DNA from: an uncultured Actinomycetes bacterium
GTDB taxonomy: Bacteria; Actinomycetota; Coriobacteriia; Anaerosomatales; CAMTYE01
NCBI GenBank assembly: GCA_947085935.1
Contig: CAMTYE010000009.1
Coordinates: 72,021 to 136,020 of the forward strand
DNA: 64,000 bases
Direction: 5' to 3'
Part shown: positions 9,239 to 19,370 of the stretch, piece by piece
Layout: the number at the start of each line of letters is the position of its first letter
Numbering within the stretch: position 1 is the stretch's first letter
Translations under genes and position numbers: made by a program
The notes under the pieces: generated by a model
Database searches by the model: none
What the model was told of the DNA's origin: nothing
The model's input: only the letters and a program-made list of their open reading frames with translations

Positions 9239-9862
9239 GTGGTCGATCATCTGAACCCAGCCGATCCGGCGGCACAGGACGATCAGTCTCTGCTTCCCGC
9301 AAGCGAGAAGCCGGGCATCCTCTCCACCGCGACGGGACGCATCGCCCTCATCGCCGGCGCGATCGTTGTGCTGCTGCTGGTCGTTGCGGTCGTGGCGTTC
9401 TTGATCGTGCCGATGCTCTCGGGCGACGGGGCTTCCGACTCGGCCGATACCGCCAAGCCCGTCCCGACCGGCACCACGACCGGCGCCGACGAGGCGGACG
9501 AGGCGCTTGAACCGGACGGGGTGCCTCTGAACGACGTCTTCACGTTCCGCGACGTGTTCCAGCCGTTGTTCACGGCGCTTCCAAGCGTGGACGCGAGCCC
9601 GTCGGCCGATTCATCCCAGACCATCGATCCCGATGTACTGTATCTCCAGGACGTGGTGACGGAGGACGGCGTGTCGCGAGCCGTGCTCTTGCTGGGCGGA
9701 ACGACGTACACGCTTGCTGACGGAGAAGGTATCTCCGGCACCCCCTGGCAGGTCCTTACCGTGTCCGAGAACTCCGTGGTGATGCTGTACGGTGACGGTC
9801 AGGTCACGCTGTCCATCGGGCAGGGTGTGTCCAGCGATGGATCGGTCGGGACCAGCAAGTAG
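9239..9862 (+). CDS. Hypothetical membrane-anchored protein at the PilP/PilQ position of the pilus operon
   Basis: GTG start with SD GAGGGAG 7 nt upstream. One TM helix (IALIAGAIVVLLLVVAVVAFLIV), a low-complexity linker and a beta-rich C-terminal domain (VLYLQDVVTEDGVSRAVLLLGGTTYTL...VLTVSENSVVMLYGDGQVTL). I recognise no family motif. Confidence 0.5.
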   Translation: MVDHLNPADPAAQDDQSLLPASEKPGILSTATGRIALIAGAIVVLLLVVAVVAFLIVPMLSGDGASDSADTAKPVPTGTTTGADEADEALEPDGVPLNDVFTFRDVFQPLFTALPSVDASPSADSSQTIDPDVLYLQDVVTEDGVSRAVLLLGGTTYTLADGEGISGTPWQVLTVSENSVVMLYGDGQVTLSIGQGVSSDGSVGTSK

Positions 9863-9897
9863 TTTCTGCGCGCCCATGGGTGTCCGCACCCGCGTGG

Positions 9898-9906
9898 TGG
9901 TAGAAT
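9898..9906 (+). promoter_or_regulatory. Candidate extended -10 element (TGGTAGAAT) upstream of aroC
   Basis: TGG+TAGAAT lies 33 nt upstream of the aroC ATG. There is no good -35 element. Confidence 0.3.
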
Positions 9907-9938
9907 CTCAACACTGATTTCCGTCCCCGGGAGCATGC

Positions 9939-11090
9939 ATGCGCTACGTCACCTCAGGCGAATCCCATGGACGCGCCTTGATCGCAACCGTTCTCGATGT
10001 CCCTGCGGGAATCACTCTGGACCAGAGGGCGTTGGACTCCGACCTCGCCCGACGCCAGGTCGGGTATGGCCGTGGCGGCCGGATGCGCATCGAGACCGAC
10101 ACCGGCGTCATTCTGTCGGGCGTGCGTTTCGGCAGGACCATCGGAAGCCCCGTCACGATCACCGTGGCCAACAAGGACTGGGACAACTGGACCGACGTGA
10201 TGTCGGCGACCGGAGAACGCCCGACCGATGCCCGGGTCACCGCTCCCAGGCCGGGGCATGCGGATCTGGGCGGGGTGTTGAAGACAGCGAGCGACGACGT
10301 TCGTGACATCCTCGAGCGAGCCAGCGCCCGCGAAACGGCGGCCCGCGTGGCTGCCGGGGCGGTCGCCAAAGCGCTTCTGGGGGAGTTCGGCGTCGAGGTC
10401 GCCTCCTTCGTCCTGTCGATCGGTGATGTCTCGATGCAGCCACCGCTCGACCCGGCATCCGTCGACGCGGCCGCTGTCGAGTCCAGTGACGTGCGGTGCC
10501 CCGACCCGGTCGCCGCCCAGCGCATGAGGGATGCGATCGATGCTGCGGCGTCGAGCGGCGAGAGCCTGGGCGGCACGTTCGTCGTCACAGCGACCGGCCT
10601 GGTTCCCGGGCTCGGAGGTTACGCCGAGGCCGCACACAGGCTTGACGCCCGGCTGGCGGCCGCGATCGTATCGATACCGGCGATCAAGGCGGTGGAGTTC
10701 GGCGACGGGTTCGAGGCGGCATGCAGGCCCGGTTCGCAGGTTCACGACGAGATCCACTACGACGGACCGCGGGGGTTCTACCGTTCGACGAATCATGCCG
10801 GCGGGCTTGAGGGTGGCATGAGCAATGGCGAGCCCCTCGTGCTGCGCGCCGCGATGAAGCCCATTCCGACGCTGATGACACCACTCGCCAGCGTCGACCT
10901 TGATACGCGTGAGACCGTTGACGCGTCGAAGGAGCGCTCGGACGTGTGCGCCGTCCCGGCTGCCGCGGTCGTCGCTGAGGCCGAGGTGGCCTTGGTGTTG
11001 GCGTGGGCCTACGTCAGGAAGTTCGGCGGTGACTGCGTACGCGACATGCGCGCGGCCCTGGCCGCCTACGAGGCCAGGATCAGGTCGTGA
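9939..11090 (+). CDS. aroC: Chorismate synthase
   Basis: MRYVTSGESHG N-terminus. 383 aa. Confidence 0.95.
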   Translation: MRYVTSGESHGRALIATVLDVPAGITLDQRALDSDLARRQVGYGRGGRMRIETDTGVILSGVRFGRTIGSPVTITVANKDWDNWTDVMSATGERPTDARVTAPRPGHADLGGVLKTASDDVRDILERASARETAARVAAGAVAKALLGEFGVEVASFVLSIGDVSMQPPLDPASVDAAAVESSDVRCPDPVAAQRMRDAIDAAASSGESLGGTFVVTATGLVPGLGGYAEAAHRLDARLAAAIVSIPAIKAVEFGDGFEAACRPGSQVHDEIHYDGPRGFYRSTNHAGGLEGGMSNGEPLVLRAAMKPIPTLMTPLASVDLDTRETVDASKERSDVCAVPAAAVVAEAEVALVLAWAYVRKFGGDCVRDMRAALAAYEARIRS

Positions 11091-11614
11091 TAGTCAGTCA
11101 CGTATTCCTGGTGGGATTCATGGGTGCCGGCAAGTCGACCGTCGGAAGACGCCTCTCCTCGGCATTGCACATGCCCTTTGTCGACCTGGACCAACGCATC
11201 GAGCGTGAGCACGGTCATTCGATCTCGGAGATATTCTCGATCGAGGGAGAGGAGGCGTTCCGCCTGTTCGAGCGGGACGCGCTCGAGGCAATGGAGGAGG
11301 AGGCCGCATCGGTCGTCGCATGCGGTGGCGGGTTGGTTGTACGCGATGAGAACCGGCTGCTGCTACGGCATCTGGGCACCGTCGTCTACCTGAAGGTGAC
11401 TGCGGGTGAGGCCCTCGCGCGTGTCGGTGACACCAAGACGCGACCTCTGCTATCCGGCAGTTCGGGGGCCGTGGCCGCAACGTCGCTGCTTGCTGCTCGC
11501 GAGGGCTTGTATGCCTCCATCGCCGATGTCACCGTTGACACCAGCGGTCGCTCGCCCGCAGAGGTCGCACGGGTCATCGTCGCCGATCTGGCGGATCGCG
11601 GGGTGGCCGTGTGA
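11087..11614 (+). CDS. aroK: Shikimate kinase
   Basis: P-loop FLVGFMGAGKSTVGRRL. GTGA start/stop overlap with aroC. Confidence 0.9.
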   Translation: MIVSHVFLVGFMGAGKSTVGRRLSSALHMPFVDLDQRIEREHGHSISEIFSIEGEEAFRLFERDALEAMEEEAASVVACGGGLVVRDENRLLLRHLGTVVYLKVTAGEALARVGDTKTRPLLSGSSGAVAATSLLAAREGLYASIADVTVDTSGRSPAEVARVIVADLADRGVAV

Positions 11615-12714
11615 GCGCCGTGGTGCGCGTCAACGCAGCGTCGGGCTCGTACGACATCGTCATCGGCAGGGGCCTCCTGGAAGCGCTCGGCACCCACGTT
11701 CGGGCGGTGAGCGGCGCCGCACGTGTTGCGCTTGTCACGGACGATGCCGTGTCCGCGCTCTACGGCGCGCAGGCCGAGTCGTCGCTGTCGCGGGCTGGCT
11801 TCGAGGTGCTAAGCATCGCCGTTCCGGCCGGGGAGCCGAGCAAGAACTGGACGCTCGCGGGTCAGATCCTGGAGCGGCTAGCACGTGAGGGAATCGAGCG
11901 AACGGATATCGTCGTCGCACTCGGCGGCGGCGTGGTCGGTGATCTGGCCGGATTCTGCGCCGGTGTCTACATGCGCGGTATCGCCTTCGTCCAGGTGCCC
12001 ACGACCCTGCTCGCCCAGGTCGACTCATCGGTGGGCGGGAAGACGGCCGTCGATCTGGAGTCGGGAAAGAACCTGGCCGGGGTCTTCGTGCAGCCGGAGC
12101 TTGTCGTCGCGGACACAGCGACCCTTGACTCGCTTCCCGAAGCTGAATGGAGGAGCGGTCTCGCCGAGGTGGCCAAGTCGGCCGTGCTCGACGGTGAGCC
12201 GTTTCTCGGTTGGCTCGAAAGCCACTCGAGCGCGCTGCTTGCGCGCGACGCGACCGCGGTGGCCGAAACCGTGCGCGCATGCGTGGCGTTCAAGAGCCGC
12301 GTCGTCGAGGCGGATGAGCGCGAGGAAGGGCTGCGCGAGTCCCTCAATCTCGGACACACGCTTGGGCACGCGATCGAGAAGGTCGCCGGCTACGGCGCCG
12401 TATCGCACGGATACGCGGTTGCCGAAGGCATGCGCTTCGCGGCCGCTCTCGCAGGAACCGCGGCTGGCGCAGATCACCGTTTCGTAGAGCGGCAGTCACG
12501 CCTGCTCGACGCACTCGGACTCCGGGCGCTTGCGCGCGGCTATGATCTGGATGCGCTACGCTTGGCTCTGCAATCAGACAAGAAGGCCAGGGCAGGGTCG
12601 CCGCGGTTCGTCCTTGCCACCGGACCGGGCACGTTCGTGGTGACGCCCGTATCCGAAGAGGTGCTGACCGAGGAGCTGTGCGCGTGGCAGCGCGCCGGCC
12701 GGGAGGAGACGTGA
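11611..12714 (+). CDS. aroB: 3-dehydroquinate synthase
   Basis: [11 protein letters not shown] motif and [12 protein letters not shown] metal-site region. 367 aa. 4-nt overlap with aroK. Confidence 0.95.
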   Translation: MSAVVRVNAASGSYDIVIGRGLLEALGTHVRAVSGAARVALVTDDAVSALYGAQAESSLSRAGFEVLSIAVPAGEPSKNWTLAGQILERLAREGIERTDIVVALGGGVVGDLAGFCAGVYMRGIAFVQVPTTLLAQVDSSVGGKTAVDLESGKNLAGVFVQPELVVADTATLDSLPEAEWRSGLAEVAKSAVLDGEPFLGWLESHSSALLARDATAVAETVRACVAFKSRVVEADEREEGLRESLNLGHTLGHAIEKVAGYGAVSHGYAVAEGMRFAAALAGTAAGADHRFVERQSRLLDALGLRALARGYDLDALRLALQSDKKARAGSPRFVLATGPGTFVVTPVSEEVLTEELCAWQRAGREET

Positions 12715-13163
12715 CGACGGTGAATCACATACTGTTCATGAACGGGCCGAACCTCAACATGCTCGGCGCGCGCGAGCCTGAGGTCTACGGCTCCGTCACC
12801 CTGGAGCAGATCGAGGGTCGCGTCGTCGCGTTGGCTTCAGAGTTGGGTGTCGAGGTCGACTTCTTTCAGTCCAACCACGAGGGTGCGCACGTCGACCGTT
12901 TGCACGCGGCAGTCGGGAGTGCTGACGCGGTCGTCTTCAACCCGGGTGCGTTCACGCACTACTCATACGCGCTCAGGGATGCCGTCGCATCGACCGGCAT
13001 CCCCGTCATCGAGGTGCACCTCAGCAATATCAGCGCGCGGGAGGAGTTCAGGCGCGAGAGCGTCATCGCGCCGGCGTGCGCGGGTCAGGTGGCGGGCTTC
13101 GGCGCCGATTCCTACCTTCTGGGACTCCGGGCGGCCGTCGGTATCGTGGGTACGGGCCGATGA
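12711..13163 (+). CDS. aroQ: Type II 3-dehydroquinate dehydratase
   Basis: [21 protein letters not shown] and [13 protein letters not shown] motifs. GTG at 12711 overlaps the aroB stop (GTGA). The ORF-track start at 12678 is rejected. Confidence 0.9.
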   Translation: MTTVNHILFMNGPNLNMLGAREPEVYGSVTLEQIEGRVVALASELGVEVDFFQSNHEGAHVDRLHAAVGSADAVVFNPGAFTHYSYALRDAVASTGIPVIEVHLSNISAREEFRRESVIAPACAGQVAGFGADSYLLGLRAAVGIVGTGR

Positions 13164-14248
13164 ACGCGGACAGACGCCTCGCAGCAGCTCGGCGCAGGGT
13201 GACGCAGTCCGATGTCGACGCGTTGGTCGTGACCGCGATTCCCAACATCAGATACCTGACGGGCTTCGAGGGCGTCTTCGATGCCGGCGCCAACGTCGCA
13301 TGCGTCATCACGAGCGAATCCGCCCGAGTCTACACCGACTCTCGCTATGCCGAGGCGGCCTCGGAAGCGGCAGACGGGACGGGCTGGGCACTCAGGATTT
13401 CCCCGGAGAATCTCTATATCGACCTGTGCGATGAGCTCATCGCGGATGGCGTGACGTCACTGGCGCTCGAATCGGGGGTACCCTACGGGCGGTTCAGGTT
13501 TATCTGCGAGCGGTTCGCCTCGCGCGTCGAAGTCGTCGACGGGTGGATCGAGCAGATCCGCCAGGTCAAAGAGGCCGGAGAACTCGAACGAATCGCCGCG
13601 GCCGCGGCGCTGGCAGACGATGCGTTCCGGCACATCCTCGGACGGATTGCGGTCGGGGTGCCGGAGTGCGACATCGCGCTCGAGCTTGAAGTCTTCATGC
13701 GATCCAACGGCTCACAGGGCGTCGCGTTCGACCCTATAGTCGCAAGCGGTCCCAACTCATCGCGCCCTCATGCGGGCGTGACGGACCGCGCGCTGGAATC
13801 CGGGGATCTCCTCACCATGGACTTCGGGTCGAGAGTGGACGGGTACTGCTCGGACCTGACGAGGACCGTGGTCGTCGGACAGGCGTCTGATCGGCAGCGC
13901 GAGGTCTACGAGGCGGTTCTGGCCGCCAACGAAGCCGGGATCGCTGCCGTGCGCGCCGGGGTTCGGGGCATGGATGTGGATGCGGTCGCGCGCGACCTGC
14001 TTGTCGGGCGAGACATGGGACAGTACTTCGCTCACGGGCTGGGTCACGGGGTGGGCCTCGAGGTCCACGAGATGCCCACGGTGAGCGCGCGGGGCAGAGA
14101 AGCGCTCCCCGCGGGTGCCGTGGTGACCATCGAGCCGGGCGTCTACATTCCCGGCCTCGGCGGTGTTAGAATCGAGGACCTGGTGCTGGTCGAGGATGCG
14201 GGATGCCGCGTGCTGTCCTCATCGCCCAAGCACCTGATCGAGATCTGA
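13160..14248 (+). CDS. M24B family Xaa-Pro peptidase
   Basis: [13 protein letters not shown] metal-ligand motif and a creatinase-like N-terminal domain. ATGA overlap with the aroQ stop. Same position as the M24 peptidase before efp in Bacillus. Confidence 0.85.
   Translation: MNADRRLAAARRRVTQSDVDALVVTAIPNIRYLTGFEGVFDAGANVACVITSESARVYTDSRYAEAASEAADGTGWALRISPENLYIDLCDELIADGVTSLALESGVPYGRFRFICERFASRVEVVDGWIEQIRQVKEAGELERIAAAAALADDAFRHILGRIAVGVPECDIALELEVFMRSNGSQGVAFDPIVASGPNSSRPHAGVTDRALESGDLLTMDFGSRVDGYCSDLTRTVVVGQASDRQREVYEAVLAANEAGIAAVRAGVRGMDVDAVARDLLVGRDMGQYFAHGLGHGVGLEVHEMPTVSARGREALPAGAVVTIEPGVYIPGLGGVRIEDLVLVEDAGCRVLSSSPKHLIEI
14164..14172 (+). promoter_or_regulatory. Candidate extended -10 element (TGTTAGAAT) for efp, inside the 3' end of the peptidase gene
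   Basis: TGT+TAGAAT about 93 nt upstream of the efp ATG. Same motif class as those upstream of aroC and steA. Confidence 0.25.
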
Positions 14249-14264
14249 TAGGAGAGGGCGGTTC

Positions 14265-14825
14265 ATGGCGATTTCGACTGCGAACTTCAAGAACGGTATG
14301 TGCATACTGCACGAAGGCAAGCGGTGGGTCATCGTGGAGTTCCAGCACGTGAAGCCAGGCAAGGGAGGAGCATTCGTCCGAACCAAGCTCAAGGAGCTGG
14401 AGTCCGGGCGAGTCGTCGACTACACGTTCCGCGCGGGCGAGAAGTTCGAAGATGTTCGTGTCGAGACCAAGAAGATGCAGTATCTCTACAGCGACGGCGG
14501 GACGTTCTACTTCATGGACAACACGTCGTATGAGCAGGTGGAGCTCGACAGTGACTTCATAGCCGGCGCCGCCAAGTGGCTTCGCGAGAACGACGAAGTG
14601 GAGATTCTGACTGCAGACGGCGAGTACATGGGCGTCGAGCCGCCGATGTTCGTCGAGCTTGAGGTCACCGAGACGGATCCCGGCTTCAAAGGCGACACCG
14701 TCCAGGGCGGGACCAAGCCGGCGACGCTTGAGACGGGCGTGGTCGTTCAGGTTCCCATGTTCGTCGAGACAGGTGACAGGCTCAAGGTCGATACGCGGGA
14801 CGGGCGCTACATAACACGCGTCTAG
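14265..14825 (+). CDS. efp: Elongation factor P
   Basis: VKPGKGGAFVRTKLK loop. 186 aa. SD GGAGAGGG upstream. Confidence 0.95.
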   Translation: MAISTANFKNGMCILHEGKRWVIVEFQHVKPGKGGAFVRTKLKELESGRVVDYTFRAGEKFEDVRVETKKMQYLYSDGGTFYFMDNTSYEQVELDSDFIAGAAKWLRENDEVEILTADGEYMGVEPPMFVELEVTETDPGFKGDTVQGGTKPATLETGVVVQVPMFVETGDRLKVDTRDGRYITRV

Positions 14826-14959
14826 CAGGTACGTCTTACCCGGCGGCCGATGCGCTCTCGCGTGTCGGCTGCTGTCGTATATACTGTCCAAACCAGCCAG
14901 GCAGTCGCGGGTACGGCCGCGCCGCTCACTTCTAGGCACGCGACACAGAGGAGTCCGGC

Positions 14960-16816
14960 ATGCGACCAATGCACATAACCGATACGACGCTGCGCGACGC
15001 GCATCAGTCCCTCTGGGCGACGCGTATGCAGATGGCCGATATGCTCCCGATCCTGGGCAAGATGGACCAGGTGGGCTACTGGTCGCTCGAGGTCTGGGGA
15101 GGCGCGACATTCGACGCCGCGCTGCGCTTCCTCGATGAGAACCCCTGGGAACGCCTCCGCGTCATCAAGAAGCACTGCCCCAAGACGCCGTTGCAGATGC
15201 TGCTTCGAGGGCAGAACCTCGTGGGGTACCGGCACTACTCGGATGACATCTGCACCCGGTTCGTTCACGCGAGCAAGCGCAACGGGATCCACGTGTTCCG
15301 GATCTTCGATGCGCTCAACGACATTCGCAACGTCGAGGTGACCGCAGCTGCCGTCAAGGAGTGTGGCGGGCATTTCGAGGGCGCGATCAGCTACACCGTC
15401 TCGCCCGTGCACACGCTGGACTCCTATCTCGAATATGCACAGGAGCTCAAGGACCTCGGCGCGGACACCATCTGCATCAAGGACATGGCCGGGATGCTCA
15501 CCCCGTTTCGGACCGAGAGAATGGTCAGCGCTCTGAAGGAGCAGATCGGACTCCCGGTGCATGTTCACTGCCACTACATCGGCGGCATGGCTCCCATGAA
15601 CTACCTCAAAGCGACCGAAGCGGGCGCTGACATCATAGACACCGCCGTCGTCGCGCTTGCTTTCGGCAACAGCCAGCCCGCCGTCGAGATGATCGTGGCG
15701 GCGCTCAAGGAGTCCGAGTACGATACGGGCCTCGATCTCGACCTGCTTTTCGAGATCGCGGAGTACTGGGAGGGCGTTCGCGAGCGCAAGCGTCTCAAGC
15801 GGGGCGTCACCTCGCTCATGCACATGGAGGTCTTCAGCCATCAGGTCCCCGGCGGCATGCTCTCGAACCTGATCAGCCAGCTCGAGCTTCAGAAGGCGAG
15901 TGATCGCCTGACTGACGTGCTTACCGAGATCCCGCGCGTGCGCGCAGAGGTCGGCTATCCGCCGCTCGTCACGCCGCTCTCGCAGATCGTGGGCACACAG
16001 GCGGTCATCAACGTGCTCACAGGCAAGCGGTGGGCGGTCGTGCCGGAGGAGATGAAGGACTACATAAAGGGCCTGTACGGGAAGGCGCCCGGACCAATGG
16101 ACCGGGGAATCGTCGACAAGGTCCTCGGCAAGGACCAGCCTCTGGCCGCGGACGTTCGGCCCGGCTCGCTGGTGCGCACCACATACGCCGAGGTGGAGGC
16201 CGAGATCGGTGAACTCGCTCACTCGGAAGAAGACGTGCTCATGTACGCCCTGTTCCCGAATGAGGCGCGCAACTACCTCACTCTGCATCAGGAGGGGGCC
16301 GAGAAGGCCGTCTTCATGATGGGCGAGGAAATCCATACTGTTACGGAGGGAGAGCAGCCTGTGGATGTCAACCAGATCCGCGAACTCATCAAGATGGTCG
16401 AGTCCTCGGACATCAACGAGGTCGTGGTCGAAGATGCCGGCGGCAAGGTCACGGTCAGGAAGGGCGTGGTCGCCCAGGTTGCTTCCATGTGCGCGCCCTC
16501 GGCGCCCGCTGCCGGGTCCGCAACGGAGTCCGCTACACCGGCTCCTGCTGACGCGTCGGCGCGCCCCGCGACCTGGAAGACGGTCATCGCTCCCATGGTG
16601 GGGACGTTCTACAGCTCAGCGTCGCCCGGCTCCGATCCGTTCGTGGCTGCAGGCGACAGCGTCTCCGAGGGACAGGTGCTGTGCATTCTCGAAGCCATGA
16701 AGTTGATGAACGAGATCACCGCCGAGGAATCCGGCACCATACGTGAACTCGGCGTGGAGAACGGACAGCCGGTTGAGTACGGTACGGTGCTGTTCTACTA
16801 CGAGCCGACTTCCTGA
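14960..16816 (+). CDS. Biotin-dependent carboxyltransferase (5S / oxaloacetate decarboxylase alpha / PycB-like) fused to a full-length AccB-like biotin carboxyl carrier
   Basis: N-terminus [13 protein letters not shown] (pyruvate-carboxyltransferase type). The C-terminal ~150 aa resemble an entire AccB: [20 protein letters not shown], an Ala/Pro linker, then IAPMVGTFY...[16 protein letters not shown]. Confidence 0.85.
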   Translation: MRPMHITDTTLRDAHQSLWATRMQMADMLPILGKMDQVGYWSLEVWGGATFDAALRFLDENPWERLRVIKKHCPKTPLQMLLRGQNLVGYRHYSDDICTRFVHASKRNGIHVFRIFDALNDIRNVEVTAAAVKECGGHFEGAISYTVSPVHTLDSYLEYAQELKDLGADTICIKDMAGMLTPFRTERMVSALKEQIGLPVHVHCHYIGGMAPMNYLKATEAGADIIDTAVVALAFGNSQPAVEMIVAALKESEYDTGLDLDLLFEIAEYWEGVRERKRLKRGVTSLMHMEVFSHQVPGGMLSNLISQLELQKASDRLTDVLTEIPRVRAEVGYPPLVTPLSQIVGTQAVINVLTGKRWAVVPEEMKDYIKGLYGKAPGPMDRGIVDKVLGKDQPLAADVRPGSLVRTTYAEVEAEIGELAHSEEDVLMYALFPNEARNYLTLHQEGAEKAVFMMGEEIHTVTEGEQPVDVNQIRELIKMVESSDINEVVVEDAGGKVTVRKGVVAQVASMCAPSAPAAGSATESATPAPADASARPATWKTVIAPMVGTFYSSASPGSDPFVAAGDSVSEGQVLCILEAMKLMNEITAEESGTIRELGVENGQPVEYGTVLFYYEPTS

Positions 16817-16827
16817 GGGACGTGCGA

Positions 16828-18171
16828 ATGTTCAAGAGAATCCTGATCGCGAACCGCAGCGAGATCGCGCTGCGGGTGATTCGGGCCTGTCGTGAGATGG
16901 GCATCGAGACCGTAGCCGTGTACTCCGAGGCGGACAAGGACTCCCTTCATGCCCGCATGGCGGACATGGCTGTGTGCATCGGTCCGGCCCAGAGTTCGCT
17001 CTCGTATCTGAGCATGCCCAATATCATCTCGGCGGCTGTCACGAGCGGGGCTGAGGCGGTTCACCCGGGCTACGGGTTCCTGGCTGAGAACGCAGGCTTC
17101 GCGCGCGCGGTGGCGGACTCGGGACTTGCGTTCATCGGCCCCTCTCCGGATGCGATCGAGCGTATGGGAGACAAGGCTGTCGCCCGACAGACGATGATGG
17201 CGGCCGGTGTGCCGTGCGTTCCGGGTTCCGACGGGCCGGTCGAAGATGTCGAGGACGCTCTCGCGTTTGCCGAAGAGGTCGGGTACCCGGTGGTCGTCAA
17301 GGCCTCCGCCGGCGGCGGCGGCAAGGGAATGCGGGTCGCGCAGGATCCCGACGATCTGAGGCGCAACTTCGTCGCGGCGAGAACCGAGGCGGGCGCCGCC
17401 TTCGGCAACGATACGGTCTACCTCGAGAAGTACCTCCTGCGCCCGCGCCATGTGGAGCTTCAGGTGCTGGCAGACACGCACGGCAACGCCGTGCACCTGT
17501 TCGAGCGTGACTGCTCCGTGCAGCGCCGCCACCAGAAGCTCATCGAGGAGGCGCCCAGTCCTGCACTGGACGAGGCGACCAGAACCAAGATGGGTGAGGC
17601 TGCACTGCTCGCCGTACGCGCGGTGGACTATGTCAACGCCGGGACCGTGGAGTTCCTTCTCGATACCGACGGCCGCTTCTACTTCATGGAGATGAACACG
17701 CGCGTCCAGGTGGAGCATCCGGTCACGGAACAGGTCACCGGAGTCGATATCATCAAGGAGCAGATTCGCATCGCCTCAGGGGAGCGGATGAAGCACGCCC
17801 GGCAGGAGGATGTCGTTCTGCGGGGCCACGCCATCGAGTTTCGCATCAACGCCGAGGACCCGGCTCACGACTTCAGGCCGCATCCCGGCACCATCAGCGT
17901 GTTCAACCCGCCCGGGGGCTTCGGTGTTCGCGTGGACAGCCATGTGTACTCCGGCTACACGGTGCCGCCCTACTACGACTCGCTTCTCGGGAAGCTGATC
18001 GTATGGGGAGAGACCAGGGCGGAAGCGGTCAGCCGGGCCCGTCGCGCGCTCGACGAGTTCATCGTGGTAGGCATCCCCACTACCATCCCGTTCCATCAGG
18101 CGGTCATTGAGGTCGAGGCGTTCCAATCCGGCGAAGTCTATACTGACTTCGTGGAACGCCATATGTCCTGA
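16828..18171 (+). CDS. accC: Biotin carboxylase (AccC/PycA type)
   Basis: MFKRILIANRSEIALRVIRACREMGI N-terminus and the ATP-grasp motif GYPVVVKASAGGGGKGMRV. SD GAGGGA lies 7 nt before the ATG at 16828. Confidence 0.9.
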   Translation: MFKRILIANRSEIALRVIRACREMGIETVAVYSEADKDSLHARMADMAVCIGPAQSSLSYLSMPNIISAAVTSGAEAVHPGYGFLAENAGFARAVADSGLAFIGPSPDAIERMGDKAVARQTMMAAGVPCVPGSDGPVEDVEDALAFAEEVGYPVVVKASAGGGGKGMRVAQDPDDLRRNFVAARTEAGAAFGNDTVYLEKYLLRPRHVELQVLADTHGNAVHLFERDCSVQRRHQKLIEEAPSPALDEATRTKMGEAALLAVRAVDYVNAGTVEFLLDTDGRFYFMEMNTRVQVEHPVTEQVTGVDIIKEQIRIASGERMKHARQEDVVLRGHAIEFRINAEDPAHDFRPHPGTISVFNPPGGFGVRVDSHVYSGYTVPPYYDSLLGKLIVWGETRAEAVSRARRALDEFIVVGIPTTIPFHQAVIEVEAFQSGEVYTDFVERHMS

Positions 18172-18196
18172 ACCGATCGATGTGCGGGGTGCGAAC

Positions 18197-18550
18197 ATGA
18201 CTGACGAGATCAAGCTCGAAGGGCTCGGTGTCGCACCGGGTGTCCTTGAGACGATCATCACTATCGCGGCCGAGAAGGTCGAAGGCGTCGCATGCGTGTG
18301 CGGCCAGGGCTTGAGCGGCCTCGTGCGCAAGGCCGGCCAGCAGGCAGGCCACAGGTCGGTCGAGGTCGTTGTTGATGAAAGTGGGGCAGTGGGCGTGGCG
18401 CTTCACGTCCATCTGCGTTATGGTACGCCCTTGCGCCGGGTCGCCGAGGCAGTGCAGTTCGCGGTCGCAGGCGCCGTCTCCGGTCAGATAGGCTCGGAGG
18501 TGGCGAAGGTGGACGTGTTCGTGGATGCGGTGACCTTCGGCGAGCAGTAG
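18197..18550 (+). CDS. Asp23/Gls24 family envelope-stress protein
   Basis: 117 aa, with ...GVLETIITIAAEKVEGV... typical of Asp23. Same position upstream of nusB as in Bacillus. Confidence 0.75.
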   Translation: MTDEIKLEGLGVAPGVLETIITIAAEKVEGVACVCGQGLSGLVRKAGQQAGHRSVEVVVDESGAVGVALHVHLRYGTPLRRVAEAVQFAVAGAVSGQIGSEVAKVDVFVDAVTFGEQ

Positions 18551-18584
18551 CGCGCATCCGACAGCTGATCATTGAGAGCGGACA

Positions 18585-19019
18585 ATGCTGGAACGTACTC
18601 GCGGCAGACGACAGGCACTCAGTATCCTCTACCAGCGTGAGATCACCGGAGAGGATGCCGACGGCATCTTCGAATCGAGGTCGTTCAGCACCGAGGAGGG
18701 CGAGCCGTCGCAGTTCTGTCGCGAGTTGGTCTCGGGAGTCGAGACACACCAGGGGCCGATCGACGTGGCTCTGGGCGAGATATCCGAGCACTGGCTGGTC
18801 TCACGCATGCCGCTCGTCGATCGCAGCATCCTGCGGCTTGCCGCGTACGAGATCCTCTACGTCGCAGACATCCCGGCTTCCGTGTCGATCAATGAAGCTG
18901 TCGAGATGGCGAAGGTGTACGGCGGGGAGGACTCATCGAAGTTCGTGAACGGGGTCCTCGGCAAACTTGCCGAGGCGAACGCCGATCTGAAGGGCGGTTC
19001 GAGCGATAGCGATGGCTGA
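18585..19019 (+). CDS. nusB: Transcription antitermination factor NusB
   Basis: RLAAYEILYVADIPASVSINEAVEMAKVYG signature. 144 aa. Confidence 0.9.
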   Translation: MLERTRGRRQALSILYQREITGEDADGIFESRSFSTEEGEPSQFCRELVSGVETHQGPIDVALGEISEHWLVSRMPLVDRSILRLAAYEILYVADIPASVSINEAVEMAKVYGGEDSSKFVNGVLGKLAEANADLKGGSSDSDG

Positions 19020-19338
19020 CGAACGCTACACATTCGGTCAGGCGAGAGAGCGCCTGGAGGACATCGTCGCACAGGTCCGGAAGAAGGACGTGTCCCTGGA
19101 GAAATCGCTCGACCTCCTTGAAGAGGGTGTCAGGCTCGCGAACACCTGCACCGAGCTTTCGGATCACACCGAGTGGCGCAGCGCTGTAGCGGAGGCCCGT
19201 GCCGAAGCGGGCGGAGACCAGGATATCGTGGTCGAACCGGAGCAGGCCCGGCCCGATGCGCCTGTCGACGAGGTAGACGGCGATGCGGCGTCCACCGATT
19301 CGGGCGACGAGAACGAGACCAGCGAACAGGACGGGTAA
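19012..19338 (+). CDS. xseB: Exodeoxyribonuclease VII small subunit with a long acidic C-terminal tail
   Basis: FGQARERLEDIVAQVRKKDVSLEKSLDLLEEGVRLANTC matches the XseB helical hairpin. 8-nt overlap with nusB. The tail is rich in D/E. Confidence 0.8.
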   Translation: MADERYTFGQARERLEDIVAQVRKKDVSLEKSLDLLEEGVRLANTCTELSDHTEWRSAVAEARAEAGGDQDIVVEPEQARPDAPVDEVDGDAASTDSGDENETSEQDG

Positions 19339-19340
19339 CG

Positions 19341-19370
19341 CGCGGGTGACGCACTGCCACCCGCGGGTTG
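19341..19370 (+). terminator. Hairpin after xseB (weak terminator candidate)
   Basis: Perfect 8-bp stem CGCGGGTG / CACCCGCG with a 9-nt loop, followed by GGTTG (poor T tract). Confidence 0.3.
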
